Shown: in pieces, positions 1-9,400 of the stretch
How the letters are laid out: every line of letters starts with the position of its first letter
Position numbering within the stretch: the first letter of the stretch is position 1
NCBI GenBank assembly: GCA_943788445.1
Contig: CALSQH010000005.1
Location: 3,263-67,262, forward strand
Direction of reading: 5' to 3'
DNA: 64,000 bases
Origin: an uncultured Pseudomonadales bacterium
Lineage (GTDB): Bacteria; Pseudomonadota; Gammaproteobacteria; Pseudomonadales; Porticoccaceae
Made by a program: the position numbers and the translations under genes
Notes under the pieces: model-generated
The model's input: only the letters and a program-made list of their open reading frames with translations
The model's database searches: none
What the model was told of the DNA's origin: nothing

Positions 1-673
1 CAGAGGTTGAGGGCTTTTTCTTTAAACCGGGAATCTTGCGGACATCAAAGAATATATCTAGCGCCTGATCGACCAATGTTTTTTTGATCGCCGGAAAATG
101 CACATCGACAATGCGCTGCATGGTGGCTCGATCTGGAAAGCTAATAAAGTGGAAGAAACAGCGACGCAAAAATGCATCTGGCAGTTCTTTTTCATTGTTG
201 CTGGTAATAATCACAATCGGACGCTGTATGGCTTTAATCGTCTCTCCAGTTTCATAGACATGAAACTCCATGCGATCTAACTCAAGCAACAGGTCATTGG
301 GAAATTCAATATCGGCTTTATCGATTTCATCAATTAACAGCACAACCTGTTCATCAGCGGTAAACGCCTGCCACAGCTTACCCTTATCAATATAGTTGCC
401 TATATCATTTACTTTGTCATGGCCGAGCTGTGAATCGCGCAGTCGCGATACCGCATCGTATTCATACAATCCTTGCTGAGCCTTGGTTGTCGATTTGATA
501 TGCCAGGCTAAGAGTGGTTTGCCCAAGGCTTTGGCAACCTCTTCCGCCAACAGGGTTTTACCGGTACCCGGCTCACCTTTAATCAGCAGTGGTCGCTGCA
601 ATGTTACCGCCGCATTAACCGCCATTTGTAGCTCTTCGGTGGCCACATAGTTTTCTGTACCTTCAAATTTCAT
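1..673 (-). CDS. MoxR-family AAA+ ATPase, 3' end runs off the window
   Basis: Hand translation from ATG at 673: MKFEGTENYVATEELQMAVNAAVTLQRPLLIKGEPGTGKT (Walker A), VLLIDEIDKAD (Walker B), ITSNNEKELPDAFLRRC. Open to the window edge. Confidence 0.92.
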   Translation of the reverse strand, partial: MKFEGTENYVATEELQMAVNAAVTLQRPLLIKGEPGTGKTLLAEEVAKALGKPLLAWHIKSTTKAQQGLYEYDAVSRLRDSQLGHDKVNDIGNYIDKGKLWQAFTADEQVVLLIDEIDKADIEFPNDLLLELDRMEFHVYETGETIKAIQRPIVIITSNNEKELPDAFLRRCFFHFISFPDRATMQRIVDVHFPAIKKTLVDQALDIFFDVRKIPGLKKKPSTS

Positions 674-864
674 AGCATCTAAATCCACAATAAAAGTTAT
701 ATGCTGAGCATAATAAGCTAAAAATACTCAGCTTGATGTAGCCAATATGACCGCAGAGTTTTAAGCGAGCTAAGCTAGTAAAATGGAGTACAAGAACAGA
801 ATGGAACAGATTAGCGAAATAAGGGGAACGCTAATTTTTAATCGCGCACTTTACTGGTGCGCTT

Positions 865-1281
865 TCACTCTTCAACAACAAGCTTGTCTTTGAATTTTGC
901 ACCGCGAGGCTTTTGATCGTTTTTTTTGTTGCCAGACAGCTTGTTAGACATAAGCTTCCAAAGCAGCCGCAAAAGCAGATAAAGGATTATCCCGAACAGG
1001 GCAGCCGCAACAATCGGCGCAAAACCGCGCTGAAAACCTGCCTCGGCTCCTGAGAGCATGACACCCTCATAAAGGCTGACAAAAAATGCCGGCGCCAGAT
1101 GACCATCATCGCGATAGGCGGTAACTGGAGTCAATAAAATAGCGGCGGATACCAGCAAAAGAAGATGGCGAACGGTTGTCCAGGCAGACTTACGCAACAC
1201 TAACCAGAGGAATAGCAGAAGACAGCTCGCCCCGATTAAGTAGACAATCCAACCCTGCAAATAATCTTCAGCAGTAAACAT
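865..1281 (-). CDS. Hypothetical membrane protein, about 3 TM segments, basic C-terminal tail
   Basis: 138-aa ORF with hydrophobic stretches, co-oriented with and 2 nt from ycgN. Confidence 0.75.
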   Translation of the reverse strand: MFTAEDYLQGWIVYLIGASCLLLFLWLVLRKSAWTTVRHLLLLVSAAILLTPVTAYRDDGHLAPAFFVSLYEGVMLSGAEAGFQRGFAPIVAAALFGIILYLLLRLLWKLMSNKLSGNKKNDQKPRGAKFKDKLVVEE

Positions 1282-1283
1282 AA

Positions 1284-1727
1284 TTAATCAATCCATTTAA
1301 TAATATGATCTTCAACATCGTCTTCATGCACATTCAACTCCGAGACCACTTTACCGCGCAATGAACCGCCATAGCTGTGTATTTTTTCCCTATCACCGGT
1401 ACGCAGATGGTGCCAGTCGGGCAATGGCTGACCTGCAGCTACAAGTCTATAAGAACAGCTTTTCGGCAACCATTCCAATGTATTTATATTATTTCGATCA
1501 AGCTTAATACAGTCATCAACCACACTGTGGCGACCAGCATAGTCGGAACAGCGACAGGACTCTGTATCCAAAAGCTGGCAGGTTACGTTGGTATAGTAAA
1601 TCTCAGCGCTGTCGTAGTCTTCAAGTTTAACCAGACAGCATTTAGCACAGCCATCGCAGAGTGACTCCCACTGACTGTCGCTTATATCTGCGAGGGACAA
1701 AGCTTCCCACCAGGGTTGTAATTTCAT
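1284..1727 (-). CDS. ycgN: YcgN (UPF0260) cysteine-cluster protein
   Basis: WESLCDGCAKCCLVKLED, CRCSDY and WLPKSCSYR motifs; usual neighbour of ycgL and rnd. Confidence 0.9.
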   Translation of the reverse strand: MKLQPWWEALSLADISDSQWESLCDGCAKCCLVKLEDYDSAEIYYTNVTCQLLDTESCRCSDYAGRHSVVDDCIKLDRNNINTLEWLPKSCSYRLVAAGQPLPDWHHLRTGDREKIHSYGGSLRGKVVSELNVHEDDVEDHIIKWID

Positions 1728-1987
1728 TGGCAGTCGTCAGCTCTAGGGAATTTAGGCGGTGGCATCTGCAGATAAAAACCCGGAGCAGTGAGATCTGCCA
1801 TTACCTTGATCACATCTGCGCGGGCTAATTTCTTCGCCTCTGTAAGTACCATTGTGGTGACTAAAATTGGCTCACCAAAGCTTTTTAACAGCGCCTCTGG
1901 AACAGATTTAAAGCCTTTAGCCCTGCAAAGGTAGAGATACATTTCATCTTTACTGGCAGTCTTGTAAATATCGCAAAGTATTTTCAT
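1724..1987 (-). CDS. ycgL: YcgL domain protein
   Basis: CDIYKTASKDEMYLY, VPEALLKSFG and GFYLQMPPP signature. Confidence 0.9.
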   Translation of the reverse strand: MKILCDIYKTASKDEMYLYLCRAKGFKSVPEALLKSFGEPILVTTMVLTEAKKLARADVIKVMADLTAPGFYLQMPPPKFPRADDCQ

Positions 1988-3117
1988 AGTCGGTCACTGC
2001 TTTTAATCACTGACTGAAGTGCTGGCAAAACCATAGCAACACGCCAACCTTCACTCAATCTTGTTGGCCACTGGCATTCACCCTCGACAGCGCTGCGCAG
2101 AATCGATTCCAACTCTTTTTTGTTGCACATCAACTCTTTAGGAATAGCTTGATCTTCAGCCACTTCGTTGAGCCTAGCGCGCATGGTCTTCATCACCTCG
2201 GAGACTGGGCGGGAAAGTGGCTGGGGCAATCCCTGAGGGATATTGTCGTGGTCGACATCGGCTATCTGCTGGAGTACGTCCGCACCAAATCGCTTGATCG
2301 AACGCGAGTACCAGTCATCAATACTGTGCAACTGGCCTATAGTCGTCGGCATGCTGTTAGCTAATTCCAAAAGCACATTGTCTTTAATAATATGCGAGCG
2401 CGGCTTGTCGAGACTGCGGGCGGTTATTTCACGCCAATCACAGAGCTTTTTAAGCACACCCAGAGAACTGCCCTGCAGGCGCCAAGCGCCTTTAATACGC
2501 AGATAGTAATTGGCTGCTTTCTTGCGTTCGGCAGCAATTTTCAGTAGCCCAAGCATCTCTTCTTGCAGCCAACTCTGACGCTGTTGCTCGACAAGTTTGT
2601 CGCTGAGTATTTTGTGTAGCCGATGCAGATAGAGGACATCGTCTGCCGCATAGAGTTTTTGCCGATCACTCAACGGGCGAACCATCCAGTCAGAACGAGT
2701 ATCTTCTTTACCCAATTCGACATCAAACACATGGGCAACTAGTCGCGCATAGCCCATGGAATATCCAATATTGACCAGACCGGCAGCGACCTGAGTATCA
2801 AAAATATTGGTTGGTGTGATCGACAGCGCATGGTCGAGCACTTCGAAATCTTCACCGGGTGCATGGAATATAAGCACCAGCTGAGGGCTCTCAAGCAGCG
2901 CCTTAAGGGGAGCAAATTGATCAATCGTCAAGACATCAATTAACCAACACTGCTGACCATCAGAGAGCTGAATAAGTGCCAATTTGGGGAAATAGGTGTC
3001 GGTGCGCATAAACTCAGTATCAATCGCCAGTGACGACGATGCCTGTAACTGCTCACAGAGCTCGGCTAACTGTTGATTGCTGGAGATCCAGTGGTTCATC
3101 GTTGTCGACGCGGTCAT
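1984..3117 (-). CDS. rnd: Ribonuclease D
   Basis: DEDDy exonuclease motifs AIDTEF, FDTQVAA, DWMVRP, YAADDV, plus an HRDC-like region. Confidence 0.95.
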   Translation of the reverse strand: MTASTTMNHWISSNQQLAELCEQLQASSSLAIDTEFMRTDTYFPKLALIQLSDGQQCWLIDVLTIDQFAPLKALLESPQLVLIFHAPGEDFEVLDHALSITPTNIFDTQVAAGLVNIGYSMGYARLVAHVFDVELGKEDTRSDWMVRPLSDRQKLYAADDVLYLHRLHKILSDKLVEQQRQSWLQEEMLGLLKIAAERKKAANYYLRIKGAWRLQGSSLGVLKKLCDWREITARSLDKPRSHIIKDNVLLELANSMPTTIGQLHSIDDWYSRSIKRFGADVLQQIADVDHDNIPQGLPQPLSRPVSEVMKTMRARLNEVAEDQAIPKELMCNKKELESILRSAVEGECQWPTRLSEGWRVAMVLPALQSVIKSSDRL

Positions 3118-3711
3118 CTAGAGTGACTTCCTACTTTGTAAGGCCATATTTAAGGTTCCACCATCGACATATTCGAGCTCGCCCCCCATGGGAACACCGT
3201 AGGCAATTCGCGATACTGCAATGCCCATAGCCTTGGCTTTATCAGCAATAAAGTGGGCTGTAGCTTCGCCTTCCACGGTCAGGTTGGTGGCGAGAATTAA
3301 CTCGCTGACAAGACCCGTTTTTAAGCGATCGGTTAACTGATCTATACCCAATTGCTCGGGGCCAATACCGTCGATCGGCGACAGGTGTCCGAGCAAAACA
3401 AAATATTTACCGCGAAAACTTCCCGCCTGCTCAATAGCGTATAAATCCGCAGGATTCTCAACCACACAGATTTGTTCCGGCAGTCGACCCGCGTTGCTGC
3501 AAATAGCGCAGAGCTCATGCTCGGTTAATGTGCGGCATTCCCCGCAGCGTCCAACCTTGTCTACCGATTCTACAATCATTTCGGCGAGCCGAGAGGCTCC
3601 ACTGCGATCCCGCTCAAGCAGATGCAACGCCATACGCTGAGCCGATTTAGCACCGACACCGGGCAATACCCGCAGCGAGTCAATAAGTTGATCAATTAAA
3701 TTACCGTACAC
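3118..3711 (-). CDS. recR: Recombination protein RecR
   Basis: [11 protein letters not shown] HhH, CxxC zinc finger, Toprim [16 protein letters not shown]. Confidence 0.97.
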   Translation of the reverse strand: MYGNLIDQLIDSLRVLPGVGAKSAQRMALHLLERDRSGASRLAEMIVESVDKVGRCGECRTLTEHELCAICSNAGRLPEQICVVENPADLYAIEQAGSFRGKYFVLLGHLSPIDGIGPEQLGIDQLTDRLKTGLVSELILATNLTVEGEATAHFIADKAKAMGIAVSRIAYGVPMGGELEYVDGGTLNMALQSRKSL

Positions 3712-3744
3712 AATTTCGCCTTTCGCAATTATTTAAACTAGATA

Positions 3745-4062
3745 TTAAAATGGCATTTTAAAGCCGGCGGGCAAATCCATACCGCCAGTCATCTTACCTA
3801 AGGCATCCTTGCTCTGGGCTTCAACTTTGCGCACCGCATCATTGACAGCAGCAGCCAGCAGGTCTTCAAGAAACTCCTTATCTTCCTTCATAAGCGACGG
3901 ATCGAGCGTCACCTGACGCACATCGTGTCGACCGGTCATAACCACTTTTACCATTCCAGCACCGGACTCGCCGATAACTTCAGCGTTTGCCGCCTGCTCT
4001 TGCATCTCGGCCATTTTGCCCTGCATCTCTTGGGCCTGCTTCATCAAATCGTTAATATTCAT
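3745..4062 (-). CDS. ybaB: YbaB/EbfC nucleoid-associated protein
   Basis: [10 protein letters not shown] and [12 protein letters not shown]; lies between dnaX and recR. Confidence 0.96.
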   Translation of the reverse strand: MNINDLMKQAQEMQGKMAEMQEQAANAEVIGESGAGMVKVVMTGRHDVRQVTLDPSLMKEDKEFLEDLLAAAVNDAVRKVEAQSKDALGKMTGGMDLPAGFKMPF

Positions 4063-4116
4063 GCGTTCCTCGAAACTGTTTGTTTACTGTCTTTTTTCTG
4101 TTGATCTGTAGTGAGC

Positions 4117-5922
4117 TTAATCTATTGGGCGCACTGAGCGCTCATCGACTGTTCCATCGAACAGCTGTTTAAATTTAACCACTGCAGGGTCGTTGTTTAG
4201 AGTATCTACGGCTTCGGCAAGACGCTCGGACTTCTCTCGCAAGTTTGCCGCTCGCGGTGTCTCCTGCTCGGCAACGCCAAGACTGATCTCTACACTGACC
4301 GGTGTTTTAAAGTAGTCACTGAGAGCCTCACTAAACTGCTCTTGGTGAGCAACGTCATAGAGGCTGTTGTGACCACTGTCGATAAGAAAGTTTAGCTGTG
4401 TTCCAGTGCGACCCAGATAGAGACAGTGGCTGGCAATCTCACCCAATGAGGCGACTATGGTTAATTGCTTGCGCAGTTCAATCCAGTTAGCTGGGGTGAA
4501 ATTTTGTAGGGCGATCGGTTCTTGTTGCTGTTCTTTATTGCTGGACGCTGAGGGGGCCTCTTTATTAGGTGGAGCTGAGGGCTCCTCATTACTAGAAACT
4601 AAGGGCTCCTCATAACTAAAAGCTAAGGGCTCCTCATTACGAGAAGCAAGGGGCTCATTCTCTTGAATAGATGAATCCAATGGCTCCCAAGGTGGTCTAT
4701 CCTCTTCGACTAGCGTTTCAGACTTTTTTACGCTGGGCTCCACCTCCAGTGGAACCGGTGCTGCTGAGCTTGGGACTAAAGAGCTTGGGACTAAAGAGCT
4801 TGGTGCTGCAGAGGCTAAAGCCTGGCCGCGCACCGAGGTCTGTGGACGAAAGGCCAGCGCCCGCAACATAACCATTTCAAAACCAGATTTTGCATCCGCA
4901 GATAACTGTAGGTCTTTGCGGCCCAAAAGGCATATCTGATAAAACAGCTGGACATCTTCGCGGCTGACCTCAGCAGATAAAGCGAGGACTTCGCTGTAAT
5001 TAGCTAAGCCCTGATCTAAGGCTTCAGGAACAGTTTGCACAATCGCCACCTGATGCCAGATCGACAGGACATCTGCTAGGGCCGCATCATAATCCGGGCT
5101 CTGTTCGGCCATTCTCGCAATCGCCGCCAACACATCAGTGCCAGAATCCGAAGACAATGCTTTGCAGATATCAACAACGTAACTGCGCTCGATAGTACCG
5201 AGCATAGCGCTGACATCGGCCTCATTAATTTGCCCACCACCGTGCCCTATCGCCTGATCGGTCAAACTTAGAGCATCACGCATACTGCCGTCGGCAGCTC
5301 GTGCCAGCGACCAGAGTCCCGCTTCTTCAAAGGGTACCTTCTCTTCGCCAAGTACAAACTGCAAATGCTCGGTAATTCTCTCTGGGCTGAGGTTTTTAAG
5401 ATTAAACTGCAAGCAACGGGACAATACCGTTATCGGTAGCTTTTGCGGATCGGTAGTAGCAAACAAAAACTTAACGTGAGGCGGTGGCTCTTCAAGGGTT
5501 TTTAACAGTGCCGCAAAGCTGTTTTTCGACAGCATGTGCACCTCATCGATCAAATAGATTTTATAGCGCCCACGGGCTGGGGTGTACTGCACGTTATCAA
5601 GTAGATCACGCATATCGTCAACGCCGGTTCGCGATGCCGCATCCACCTCAATCAGATCAATAAAACGACCCTCGTTAATTTCATTACAGGCCGCGCACTC
5701 ACCGCAGGGAACCGAGCTAACACCAGCTTCGCAGTTTAAACATTTGGAGAGGATTCTGGCGATGGTGGTTTTACCTACACCGCGAGTACCGGTAAATAAA
5801 TAGGCGTGATGAAGACGGTCGTTGTCCAGCGCATTAATCAATGCCTGCAACACATGTTGCTGGCCAGCCATTTCGGCAAAAATACGTGGACGCCACTTGC
5901 GGGCAAGTACTTGATAACTCAT
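4117..5922 (-). CDS. dnaX: DNA polymerase III subunits tau/gamma
   Basis: MSYQVLARKWRP, GTRGVGKTT, DEVHML, SRC motif and tau C-terminal domain. Confidence 0.98.
   Translation of the reverse strand: MSYQVLARKWRPRIFAEMAGQQHVLQALINALDNDRLHHAYLFTGTRGVGKTTIARILSKCLNCEAGVSSVPCGECAACNEINEGRFIDLIEVDAASRTGVDDMRDLLDNVQYTPARGRYKIYLIDEVHMLSKNSFAALLKTLEEPPPHVKFLFATTDPQKLPITVLSRCLQFNLKNLSPERITEHLQFVLGEEKVPFEEAGLWSLARAADGSMRDALSLTDQAIGHGGGQINEADVSAMLGTIERSYVVDICKALSSDSGTDVLAAIARMAEQSPDYDAALADVLSIWHQVAIVQTVPEALDQGLANYSEVLALSAEVSREDVQLFYQICLLGRKDLQLSADAKSGFEMVMLRALAFRPQTSVRGQALASAAPSSLVPSSLVPSSAAPVPLEVEPSVKKSETLVEEDRPPWEPLDSSIQENEPLASRNEEPLAFSYEEPLVSSNEEPSAPPNKEAPSASSNKEQQQEPIALQNFTPANWIELRKQLTIVASLGEIASHCLYLGRTGTQLNFLIDSGHNSLYDVAHQEQFSEALSDYFKTPVSVEISLGVAEQETPRAANLREKSERLAEAVDTLNNDPAVVKFKQLFDGTVDERSVRPID
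4578..4660. repeat. In-frame 24-nt tandem repeat (about 3.5 units) in the dnaX linker, encoding NEEPLxxx
   Basis: agggctcctcattactagaaacta / agggctcctcataactaaaagcta / agggctcctcattacgagaagcaa at 4578, 4602 and 4626. Confidence 0.9.
4718..4747 (-). promoter_or_regulatory. Candidate programmed -1 ribosomal frameshift signal of dnaX
   Basis: Minus strand reads GGAGG, 13 nt, A AAA AAG, TCT GAA. The -1 frame reads AAA AAA GTC TGA. Confidence 0.75.
4766..4810. repeat. In-frame 15-nt tandem repeat (3 units) in dnaX, encoding SSLVP
   Basis: gagcttgggactaaa twice, then gagcttggtgctgca. Confidence 0.9.
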
Positions 5923-6052
5923 ATCAACAGGTCTTCAAATTCAAAAACCCATTATAGGGAGATATACAGAGCGCGGAAAGAGGAGATCAGCATAAAGCGT
6001 TTAAGAGTAAAAAATTGGCTAGGTATCTATAGAAGATCGAATTGCGCTAAAA

Positions 6053-6215
6053 GCCCAAGAGTGGCGCTGCCCTGATTAAATCAATCCGACTCCGCTTATG
6101 GTTGCAGTGGTTTACAGATTGAGCGAACAACTGTCTAAGCGAAGCGAGTTTTGTGAGCGCTGTAAACCACTGCAACTATGGAGTCGATCTAATCAGGGCA
6201 GCGCCACTCTTGGGC
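6053..6215. repeat. Nested-hairpin element, copy 1
   Basis: 26-bp perfect outer inverted repeat (6053-6078 / 6190-6215), inner 6-bp and 20-bp stems, 42-nt conserved central loop. Confidence 0.9.
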
Positions 6216-6280
6216 GATCCGACTACAAAGTGAAATCCTTCACAATCGTTCGGATTAACAAGTCAGGCAGTTATAAGAAG

Positions 6281-6316
6281 GAGATTCCTCGTCGCTAAGC
6301 TCTGTCGGAATGACAG
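6281..6316. repeat. CGTC/GTCAT-type REP-like palindrome
   Basis: gagattcctcgtcgctaagctctgtcggaatgacag; near-identical units at 48933 and 50912. Confidence 0.8.
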
Positions 6317-6345
6317 ACTGGAGGACAATAAAGAGGGTAACCAAT

Positions 6346-6460
<115 letters not shown>

Positions 6461-6473
6461 ATTGAAGCGCGGG

Positions 6474-6502
6474 ATTATCCGAGGTTTAGCCGCCAAGTGC
6501 AA
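6474..6502 (-). promoter_or_regulatory. Sigma70-type promoter of ffs with GC-rich discriminator
   Basis: Minus strand TTGCAC-N17-GATAAT followed by CCCGCGC. Confidence 0.7.
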
Positions 6503-6707
6503 CAAGTCTTCGGCTACAATTCAAAAGATATGGTTTTCTTGCCATCTAGGGTTGTTTACACTGCTTGGCAATACCTTAGTAAAAGCAAGCTAAATAATTA
6601 TTTTTTTGTATTGATGAGCGACTAAACCAAATCGTTTCCTCTATACAAATTATAATAAGTACAACGAACCAAACAACTTTTCGCCGCTCATAAAAGGAGC
6701 TCACCCA

Positions 6708-8420
6708 ATGCCCCGCACTCAACTCCAGCAAGGAAATCTCTGGCGTTCTTCAGCCATTATTGTTTTTTCTATACTTCTCAGCGCCTGCGGTGACAGCGGC
6801 GATAATAAAACGGCTTCAGCGGCAAGCGACGAAAAAGAACTCACCATTGGTTTAACCCAATACCCTTCAACCATGCACCCGAATATAGAGTCTATGGTCG
6901 CCAAATCCTACGTTAGAGGAATGACCGCCCGCGCTATTACTATTTTCAATCATGCTTGGGAGCTTGAGTGTGCACTCTGCGTTGAATTACCCACCCTAGA
7001 AAATGGCCTCGCTGTTTTAGAGCAAACCCCAGAGGGGCAGCCTGGAATTGCAGTTACCTATGAATTGCCTGCCAATACCTCTTGGGGAGACGGAACAGCT
7101 TTAACAACAAAAGACATTCAATTTGCCTATGAAGTTGGCCGCAATCAGAAAACCGGCGCCAACAATATGGAGATGTATCGACGCATCTACAAGCTCGATA
7201 TCATTGACCAGCAGCGCTTTACGGTGCATCTCAATAAAGTAACCTTTGACTACAATGCGCTGGGTGACCTCTACCCCTTGCCAGAACATATTGAACGGCC
7301 GATTTACGAAGAAGATGCCTACGAGTATCGCCACAGGACGCAATACAATGCCAACATAACCAACCCAGGACTCTGGTTTGGGCCCTATATCGTCAGCGAT
7401 GCTGCTCAGGGTTCATTTTTGGTCATGACAAAAAATCCCTACTGGCATGGCAAAGCGCCCTACTTCGACAAAATCACCACCAAGGCGATTGGCAATACCT
7501 CGGCAATGGAGGCTAATTTGCTCTCCGGTACTATTGATATGATCGCCGGCGAGTTGGGCTTGCAGCTCGATCAGTCACTCGCCTTCGATAGTCGCCACGG
7601 CAGTAAATTCAATATTATTTATAATCCGGGCCTGCAGTACGAACATATAGATATCAATTTAGAGAATCCAATTCTCGCGAACAAGCTAGTGCGCCAAGCA
7701 ATGCTCTACGGCATGAATCGCGAAGAGATGAATCAGCGCATCTTTAAAGGCCGACAGCCCGTTGCTGACACCAGCGTGAGCCCTATGGATCGTGCCTCAT
7801 CAAATAACATCATTAAATATAGCTACAACAAAGCCAAGGCCATAGAACTTCTCAACAGTGCCGGCTGGAATGATATCCGCGATGGCATTCGTCATGATGC
7901 CCAAGGCGAACCTTTAAAAATTGAAATCATGTCTACCGCTGGAAATAAAACCCGTGAACTCATTCAACAAATACTCCAGAGCCAGCTAAAAGATATAGGT
8001 ATAGATTTACGTATCCGCAACGAGGCACCACGTGTCTTCTTCGGTCAGACCACCAGAGAGCGGCGTTTTAGTGGACTAGCATTATTTGCCTGGGTCAGCG
8101 CACCAGAAAATGTCCCGCGTAGCACCCTGCACTCCAGTGAAATCCCCACTGCTGAGAACAACTATTCTGGGCAAAATTACTCGTCGATCAGCAACCCTGA
8201 ACTGGACCGCGCTATCGAAGCCGTTGAAGAAAATTTAGTTTTTTCCGACCGCCTTCCTCACTGGGAAAAAATCCAGCAGATTTACGCCGAAGAGCTGCCC
8301 GTATTCCCCTTATTCTGGCGCCCTAATTCCTATATTCTTCCGCACTGGCTCAAAGGCCTTGAGCCCACCGGTCATCTCGATTCAAGTACTAACTGGATCG
8401 AGTACTGGAGCCGCAATTAA
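6708..8420 (+). CDS. Peptide ABC transporter substrate-binding lipoprotein (OppA/DppA family), system 1
   Basis: Lipobox LSAC, family 5 SBP features (NPGLWFGPY, VRQAMLYGMNR). Confidence 0.92.
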   Translation: MPRTQLQQGNLWRSSAIIVFSILLSACGDSGDNKTASAASDEKELTIGLTQYPSTMHPNIESMVAKSYVRGMTARAITIFNHAWELECALCVELPTLENGLAVLEQTPEGQPGIAVTYELPANTSWGDGTALTTKDIQFAYEVGRNQKTGANNMEMYRRIYKLDIIDQQRFTVHLNKVTFDYNALGDLYPLPEHIERPIYEEDAYEYRHRTQYNANITNPGLWFGPYIVSDAAQGSFLVMTKNPYWHGKAPYFDKITTKAIGNTSAMEANLLSGTIDMIAGELGLQLDQSLAFDSRHGSKFNIIYNPGLQYEHIDINLENPILANKLVRQAMLYGMNREEMNQRIFKGRQPVADTSVSPMDRASSNNIIKYSYNKAKAIELLNSAGWNDIRDGIRHDAQGEPLKIEIMSTAGNKTRELIQQILQSQLKDIGIDLRIRNEAPRVFFGQTTRERRFSGLALFAWVSAPENVPRSTLHSSEIPTAENNYSGQNYSSISNPELDRAIEAVEENLVFSDRLPHWEKIQQIYAEELPVFPLFWRPNSYILPHWLKGLEPTGHLDSSTNWIEYWSRN

Positions 8421-9400
8421 TGTCTGATAAGAACCTCCCTGTGCTCGAGGTTGAAAATTTGAGTATCGGCTTTGAAAGCGACAATCAGCTGGTCTCTGTG
8501 GTGGAAGATATTTCTTTCACCCTCAACAGCGGGGAGACACTGGCTCTGGTTGGCGAGAGCGGTTGTGGTAAGTCCTTAACCGCCCTAGCTATGCTGCAAC
8601 TGTTACCCGCCTTTGGAAAAATTCTCTCGGGCTCGATAAAGTTGCATGGCAAAGAACTTGTGGGTATGTCTGACCGCAGTATGCAGGCTATACGCGGCAA
8701 TAATATTTCGATGATATTTCAAGAGCCGATGAGCGCCCTAAATCCAGTATTTACTATTGGTCAGCAGGTCGCTGAGCCGTTAATACTGCATAAAAACATG
8801 TCCAAAGCGGCAGCTTTCAAGCGCGCTATTGAAATGCTCGAGGCCGTGGGTATTCCAGATCCAATATCACGGGCCAATAATTACCCTCACCAATTATCCG
8901 GCGGTATGCGCCAGCGAGTGATGATTGCTATAGCACTGGCCTGCGAGCCAGACATTCTTATCGCCGATGAGCCGACTACCGCTCTCGACGTCACGATTCA
9001 GGCGCAGATACTTGACCTAATGCATGATCTGCAAGAGAAGTTTGGCACCAGTATTTTATTTATCAGTCATGATTTTGGAGTCGTCTCGCGCATGGCCGAC
9101 GAGATTGCCGTAATGTATGCAGGCCGTGTTATTGAAGAGGGTTCAGCCCAGGATATTTTAGTCGAACCACAGCATCCCTATACGACCGCCCTTCTCAACA
9201 CGACACCGCGCATTGATGTCAGCGTCGATCGACTTCCCGCGATACCCGGTCGAGTTCCGACTCCAGCAGAGAGGCCTGAGGGTTGTTTTTTTGCCCCGCG
9301 CTGCAAACTTGCCAGTAGTCTCTGCAGCACTGAACAACCACTACCCACTAAGCTTAGCCGCAGTCACAGCGCAGCCTGCCACGAGGTTGGCAATGGATAA
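8420..9400 (+). CDS. Peptide ABC transporter ATPase (OppD/DppD type)
   Basis: [27 protein letters not shown]-terminal Cys cluster. Confidence 0.95.
   Translation: MSDKNLPVLEVENLSIGFESDNQLVSVVEDISFTLNSGETLALVGESGCGKSLTALAMLQLLPAFGKILSGSIKLHGKELVGMSDRSMQAIRGNNISMIFQEPMSALNPVFTIGQQVAEPLILHKNMSKAAAFKRAIEMLEAVGIPDPISRANNYPHQLSGGMRQRVMIAIALACEPDILIADEPTTALDVTIQAQILDLMHDLQEKFGTSILFISHDFGVVSRMADEIAVMYAGRVIEEGSAQDILVEPQHPYTTALLNTTPRIDVSVDRLPAIPGRVPTPAERPEGCFFAPRCKLASSLCSTEQPLPTKLSRSHSAACHEVGNG

Noticed and set aside
9213-9392. N-terminal extension of the OppF-type ORF
   Set aside because: It overlaps the upstream ATPase out of frame; ATG 9393 gives the normal coupled start.
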